From Dehalococcoidia bacterium (GTDB lineage: Bacteria > Chloroflexota > Dehalococcoidia > SHYB01), in assembly GCA_034420775.1 (NCBI GenBank), contig DAOUKZ010000177.1, forward strand, positions 1-46,659: a DNA stretch of 46,659 bases. The letters are read 5' to 3'. Position numbers and translations under genes: made by a program. A model generated the notes under the pieces. It did no database searches. It saw only the letters and a program-made list of their open reading frames with translations, and had not been told where the DNA came from. Below, in pieces: positions 42,854 through 46,659 of this stretch (position 1 is its first letter; every line of letters begins with the position of its first letter).

Positions 42854-44355
42854 CTCCGGCGTTCCCCCTGCGCGCTGCTCACGGCGTCCTCTCCGACGGC
42901 CTCGCCGACGGGCGGCGGCGCCGGTTTGACCAGCGAGAGGATGGCGCCCACGACGAGCACCCCGGCGGCGGCGCGCATGGCCATCCGCAGGCCGTCCACG
43001 AACCCCGCGATGAGCGCGGGACTGGCGGCGACGTCGGGGTCGCGGAGCGGGCCGAGGTCGGGTTCCACGCCGAGGGCGCGGATGCCCACCGCGAGGAGCG
43101 CCGCCGCCATCGCCACCCCGGTGATCTGCCCCAGGTTGCGCACCAGCGTGAGGAAGGCGGAGGCGACGCCGTACCGGCTGGCCTCGACGGCGGCGAGCAC
43201 CGAGCTGGTGTTCGGGGGGTAGAAGAGTCCCATGCCGAGGCCGAGGCTGGCCGCCGCGAGACTCGCCACGTAAAAGGGCGTCTCCGTCCCCGCGAACGAG
43301 AAGCCGACGAGGCCGACTGCGACGATGATGGCGCCGGCCGTCGATGGAATCCGCGAGCCGATCTTGTCGGAGAGCCTGCCCGCTAGCGGCCCCGCGACCG
43401 CGAGAAGGAAGGCCGTCGGCGTCATGATGAGCGCCGCCTCGCGGGGCCGGTAGTCCAGCACGCCCTGAAGGTAGAACGGCGTGATCATGACGTAGGTCGA
43501 GGCCGCCGTGAAGACCAGCCACCCGGCGATCCCGCCCAGGGTGAACGCCGCCCGCCGGAAGAGCCGGAGGTCGATCATGGGCTGCTCGGCCCGCAGCTCC
43601 GCCACGATGAAGAGGCCGAAAGAGAGGACCGCCGCCGCGGCGAAGGTCAGCACGAAAGGCGACGTCCATCCGAGCTCGGTTCCGCGGCTGAAGACCAGCA
43701 GGGTGCTCACCAGGGCGGTCGACGACGTCACCACGCCGGCCCAGTCCGTCTTGCCGCCCTGAGCGCTCGGCGTCCCGATGGCCGACTCCCGCAACGTGAA
43801 GACCGCGAAGAGCGCGCCGATCGGGGCCAGGACCGTGTTCACCAGGAAGACGGAGCGCCAATCGAAAGCGTCGACGAGTACACCGCCGATGGGCGGCCCC
43901 GTCACCGCCCCCAGCGCTACGACCGTGGATATGAGTCCCAGCGCGCGGCCTCGCTCCTGGGGAGGGAAGGCCGCCACCGAGATCGCCATGCTGAGACCCT
44001 GCACCGCCGCGGCCCCCAGGGCCTGGATGGCCCGTGCTCCGAACAGCCAGGGGAGGCTCGGCGCGGCGGCGGCGAGCGCGGCTCCGCCGCCGAGCAGCAG
44101 AAAGCCGATGACGTAGAGCTTCTTCCGGCCCAGGCGGTCGGAGGCGCTGCCGATGGGGAGCAGGACGGCGGAGATGATGACCAGGTAGATCAGCATGATC
44201 CACTGCACCGAGGTCAGGCTGGCGTCGAAGTGCGCGGTGATCGTGGGCAGGGCGATGTTGACGATGCCCACGTCGATCACCGTCGAGTAGACGCCCATCG
44301 CCGCCGCGGCAAGGACGATCCACTTGTAGTTCGGCGAGGCCGTGTCGATGCGCAT
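42850..44355 (-). CDS. MFS transporter (DHA2/EmrB-like, 14-TMS type)
   Basis: The 501-aa product contains VIDVGIVNIALPTI..., the SDRLGRKK loop motif, and many hydrophobic helices. Confidence 0.9.
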   Translation of the reverse strand: MRIDTASPNYKWIVLAAAAMGVYSTVIDVGIVNIALPTITAHFDASLTSVQWIMLIYLVIISAVLLPIGSASDRLGRKKLYVIGFLLLGGGAALAAAAPSLPWLFGARAIQALGAAAVQGLSMAISVAAFPPQERGRALGLISTVVALGAVTGPPIGGVLVDAFDWRSVFLVNTVLAPIGALFAVFTLRESAIGTPSAQGGKTDWAGVVTSSTALVSTLLVFSRGTELGWTSPFVLTFAAAAVLSFGLFIVAELRAEQPMIDLRLFRRAAFTLGGIAGWLVFTAASTYVMITPFYLQGVLDYRPREAALIMTPTAFLLAVAGPLAGRLSDKIGSRIPSTAGAIIVAVGLVGFSFAGTETPFYVASLAAASLGLGMGLFYPPNTSSVLAAVEASRYGVASAFLTLVRNLGQITGVAMAAALLAVGIRALGVEPDLGPLRDPDVAASPALIAGFVDGLRMAMRAAAGVLVVGAILSLVKPAPPPVGEAVGEDAVSSAQGERRS

Positions 44356-44394
44356 ACGGCTTACTTATCCGTTCCGCAGGCGTGGGAGGCGCGC

Positions 44395-44450
44395 CCTCTC
44401 TCAAATCTCCCCCAGAGGGGGAGAGGCTTAAGGTGCGGCAGAGGGGGAAG
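44395..44450. repeat. G/C-rich composite hairpin repeat (family copy 6)
   Basis: TCTCCCCC-AGA-GGGGGAGA (44406..44424) is followed by GGCTTAAGGTGC and GAGGGGGAAGACCGCC. The same module occurs at 40070..40100. Confidence 0.85.
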
Positions 44451-44469
44451 ACCGCCCTGCGCCAAGCCG

Positions 44470-44874
44470 CTACACGGCCCGGAAGACGGGGATGGTGTGC
44501 TCGCCGTCGAGGTCCTCGAAGTCAACCTTGACCGGCATGCCTTGGACGATGGCGTGGGGGTCCACGCCCAGGACGTTCGAGTAGAGGCGCGGGCCTTCGT
44601 CCAGTTCGATGATGGCGACGGCGTAGGGGGGATCGAACGCGGGGTGGTAGGCCCGCGTCATCACGATCCACGTGAACACCGTGCCGCGGCCGCTCACGGG
44701 AAGCCATTCGTGGCCCGTCGCGGTGCACTTGGGGCAGGTCGCGCCCGGCGGGAAGCGGAAGGCGCCGCACGCCGCGCACTTGGGAAGGCGCAGCTCGCGC
44801 TCGCGGCAGTAGGCGTAGAAGGGGTCGAGGTCTGGGTTCGGGGCGGGAACGGGGCGCGTGGGATTCGTGGTCAT
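44470..44874 (-). CDS. DUF35 OB-fold/zinc-ribbon acyl-CoA-associated protein
   Basis: FYAYCRERELRLPKCAACGAFRFPPGATCPKCTA is a 4-Cys rubredoxin-like ribbon followed by an OB fold. The 134-aa gene lies directly downstream of a thiolase-like gene, the classic pairing. Confidence 0.85.
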   Translation of the reverse strand: MTTNPTRPVPAPNPDLDPFYAYCRERELRLPKCAACGAFRFPPGATCPKCTATGHEWLPVSGRGTVFTWIVMTRAYHPAFDPPYAVAIIELDEGPRLYSNVLGVDPHAIVQGMPVKVDFEDLDGEHTIPVFRAV

Positions 44875-44896
44875 ATCGCGTTCCTCGGCCCGCCGG

Positions 44897-46036
44897 CTAG
44901 TTGCTCGGCGCGTCGGTCAGGACGGCGGTGAGGTGGTGCTGGATGATGCCGCCGTTGCCGCCGACGAGCGCCACGCGGCAACCGGGGACTTGGCCGCCTC
45001 CGGCGTCGCCCCGCACCTGCCGGACGCCCTCGGTGAGCGACGTCCATCCGTGGAGATAGACCTCCGACAGCAGGCCGCCGCTGGTGTTCGTCGGCGTCGA
45101 GCCGCCGGGCCCCAAGTGGCCCTCCGCCGCGTAGGGGCCGCCCTCGCCCTTCTCGCAGAAGCCGTAGTCCTCGATGGTGATCAGCGTGGTGATGGTGAAG
45201 CAGTCGTAGAACTCGGTGACGTCGACGTCGGCGAGGGAGAGCCCCGCTTCCGCCAGCGCCTTCGGCCCCGCGATCTTCGCGGGCGAGGTCGTCAGGTCGT
45301 CGCGGTTGAGCAGGTCGCCCGGCCAGTGTCCCTGGCCCATGCCGGAGACGTAGACCGGCTTCCGCCGCATCGACCTCGCCCGCTCCTCGGTGGTGACGAT
45401 TATCGCGCGCCCGCCGTCGCTCACCAGGCAGCAGTCGTAGATGCGGAAGGGCTCGGCGATGAAGCGGCCGTCGAGGTAGTCCTCCATCGACAGCGGCCGG
45501 TCGCGCATGGTGGCGATGGGGTTCCGCAGCGCCCACTCGCGGGTCGAGATCGCGATGTGGCCCAGGTGCTCCTCGGTGGTGCCGTAGGCGTTCATGTGGG
45601 CGCGGGCGACGAGGGCGTAGCTCGCCGGCGCGCCGAACATCCCGTACACGCCGGCGATGGGGTCGGCCATGTTCTTGCCCGGCGCCGCCCCGCCGTGCGG
45701 GTTTGACAGGTGCGAGTTGCCGTAGGCGATGAGGATCGTCTGCGCCATGCCCGATTCGATGGCGTGGACCGCCTGGTGGAGCAGCGTCATCGCGCCGTTC
45801 CCCCATGGCAGGCCGATCCCCTCGAAGACCGGCTCGATGCCCAGCCCCTGCGTGATCTGGCCGGGGAAGACGTCGCCGCTGATCTGCGTCATCACCCCGT
45901 CGATGTCGTTGGGCGTGAGCCCGGCGTCGTTGAGCGCGGCCTGCGCCGCGTCGAGGGCGAACCCCAGGTAGGTGCGCCCGGGCACGCGCCCCTGCTCGGT
46001 GTAGCCGACTCCGGCGATGCACGCCCGCTGCGCCAT
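44897..46036 (-). CDS. thiolase-like protein (SCP-x / nonspecific lipid-transfer-type)
   Basis: MAQRACIAGVGYTEQGRVPGRT...YDCFTITTLITIEDYGFC...NTSGGLLS is the pattern of SCP2-type thiolases that partner with DUF35. RBS is GGGAGGG. Confidence 0.9.
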   Translation of the reverse strand: MAQRACIAGVGYTEQGRVPGRTYLGFALDAAQAALNDAGLTPNDIDGVMTQISGDVFPGQITQGLGIEPVFEGIGLPWGNGAMTLLHQAVHAIESGMAQTILIAYGNSHLSNPHGGAAPGKNMADPIAGVYGMFGAPASYALVARAHMNAYGTTEEHLGHIAISTREWALRNPIATMRDRPLSMEDYLDGRFIAEPFRIYDCCLVSDGGRAIIVTTEERARSMRRKPVYVSGMGQGHWPGDLLNRDDLTTSPAKIAGPKALAEAGLSLADVDVTEFYDCFTITTLITIEDYGFCEKGEGGPYAAEGHLGPGGSTPTNTSGGLLSEVYLHGWTSLTEGVRQVRGDAGGGQVPGCRVALVGGNGGIIQHHLTAVLTDAPSN

Positions 46037-46141
46037 GCCGCCCTCCCGTCCAAGCTCCGGCCCATCTTATCGGAGACCATTCTCCAAGCCAACGCCGAAG
46101 CTAGCGTCACGCGGGCATTGCGCGAAGCGGGACGGCTCCGC

Positions 46142-46659
46142 ATGATGCCCGCGGACCACCGACCTTTGGAGCGCGATACCATCATGCCCGCCAGCCCGAC
46201 CGCCACGCCTGCCGACCCTATGACTGCGCCGCACCGCACATCCGACCTCCGCCCCCTCCTCAAGCGCTATTTTGGCTACGAGGAGTTCCGGCCGGAGCAG
46301 GAGGCGATCATCGCCAACGCGCTGGCGGGGCTGCATGGGCTGGTCATCATGCCGACCGGCGGGGGCAAGTCGCTGTGCTACCAGCTTCCCGCGATGGCGA
46401 TGGAGGGGCTGACGCTGGTGGTGTCGCCGCTCATCGCGCTGATGAAGGACCAGGTGGATGCGCTCCGCGGCAACGGTGTCCCCGCCGCCTTCATCAACAG
46501 CACGATGGACTTCGAGGGGATCGGGCGGGTGCAACGGGCGGCGCTCGCCGGCAAGCTCAAGGTCCTGTACGCCGCGCCTGAGCGGGTGACCACGCCCGAG
46601 TTTCTGCGGTTCCTGGAGTCGGTGCGCGTCGGCCTGATCGCCATCGACGAGGCGCACTG
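46142..46659 (+). CDS. recQ: ATP-dependent DNA helicase RecQ, N-terminal part (runs off window)
   Basis: My hand translation reads ...LLKRYFGYEEFRPEQEAIIANALAGLHGLVIMPTGGGKSLCYQLPAMAMEGLTLVVSPLIALMKDQVDAL...LIAIDEAH. This covers motif 0, Walker A, motif Ia and DEAH. The start is uncertain: in-frame ATGs lie at 46142, 46184 and 46229. Confidence 0.85.
   Translation, partial: MMPADHRPLERDTIMPASPTATPADPMTAPHRTSDLRPLLKRYFGYEEFRPEQEAIIANALAGLHGLVIMPTGGGKSLCYQLPAMAMEGLTLVVSPLIALMKDQVDALRGNGVPAAFINSTMDFEGIGRVQRAALAGKLKVLYAAPERVTTPEFLRFLESVRVGLIAIDEAH

Noticed and set aside
42029-44404. 791-aa - strand ORF
   Set aside because: It is an off-frame overlap of the MFS transporter gene and antisense to the ferredoxin-like paralog. 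Its composition is Arg/Gly/Pro-dominated.

Overview
High-G+C bacterial window (by eye high-60s % G+C; phylum not determinable from sequence alone), densely coding on both strands. It is dominated by acyl-CoA-centred catabolic enzymes. These comprise four family III (CaiB/BaiF) CoA-transferase genes, three of them tandem two-domain fusions of about 800 aa. There are also five PF04909-type amidohydrolase-2 paralogs, four SDRs plus an NAD-epimerase, and two CitE/HpcH-like acyl-CoA lyases. Single copies include a crotonase, a FAH-family hydrolase, a TesB-like thioesterase, a 2-hydroxyacid dehydrogenase, a D-aminoacylase-type amidohydrolase and an SCP-x-type thiolase with its DUF35 partner. Other content: an AapJQMP-like polar amino-acid ABC transporter, an MFS (14-TMS type) transporter, a membrane Fe-S/CCG oxidoreductase, tRNA-Leu(GAG) and the 5' end of recQ. 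No transcription factor gene is recognisable. Accessory content is small: a class II Fic gene next to hicAB, a vapBC pair, an AAA/DUF4143 ATPase, and one low-G+C orphan ORF. Two genes missing from the ORF track because they run off the edges were recovered by hand: the amidohydrolase at 1..872 (-) and recQ at 46142..46659 (+). Most long ORF-track entries rich in Arg/Pro/Gly/Ala are antisense or off-frame shadows of high-G+C genes. The most notable non-genic signal is a family of G/C-rich composite hairpin repeats filling six intergenic gaps, including a 930-bp non-coding gap with a 231-bp tandem duplication. Other items worth follow-up:
- The fused CoA-transferases, two of which appear to have lost the catalytic Asp in the N-terminal half.
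- A TATTCTCCGCA operator-like array around fic/hicAB.
- An in-frame triplication of a transmembrane hairpin in the AapM-like permease.
- Tandem double-domain ferredoxin-like paralogs.
- The low-G+C orphan with a nuclease-like N-terminus.
I see no CRISPR array, rRNA, integrase or transposase, and no clear complete novel multi-gene system. The claims above are sequence-reading inferences that need database and structure checks.
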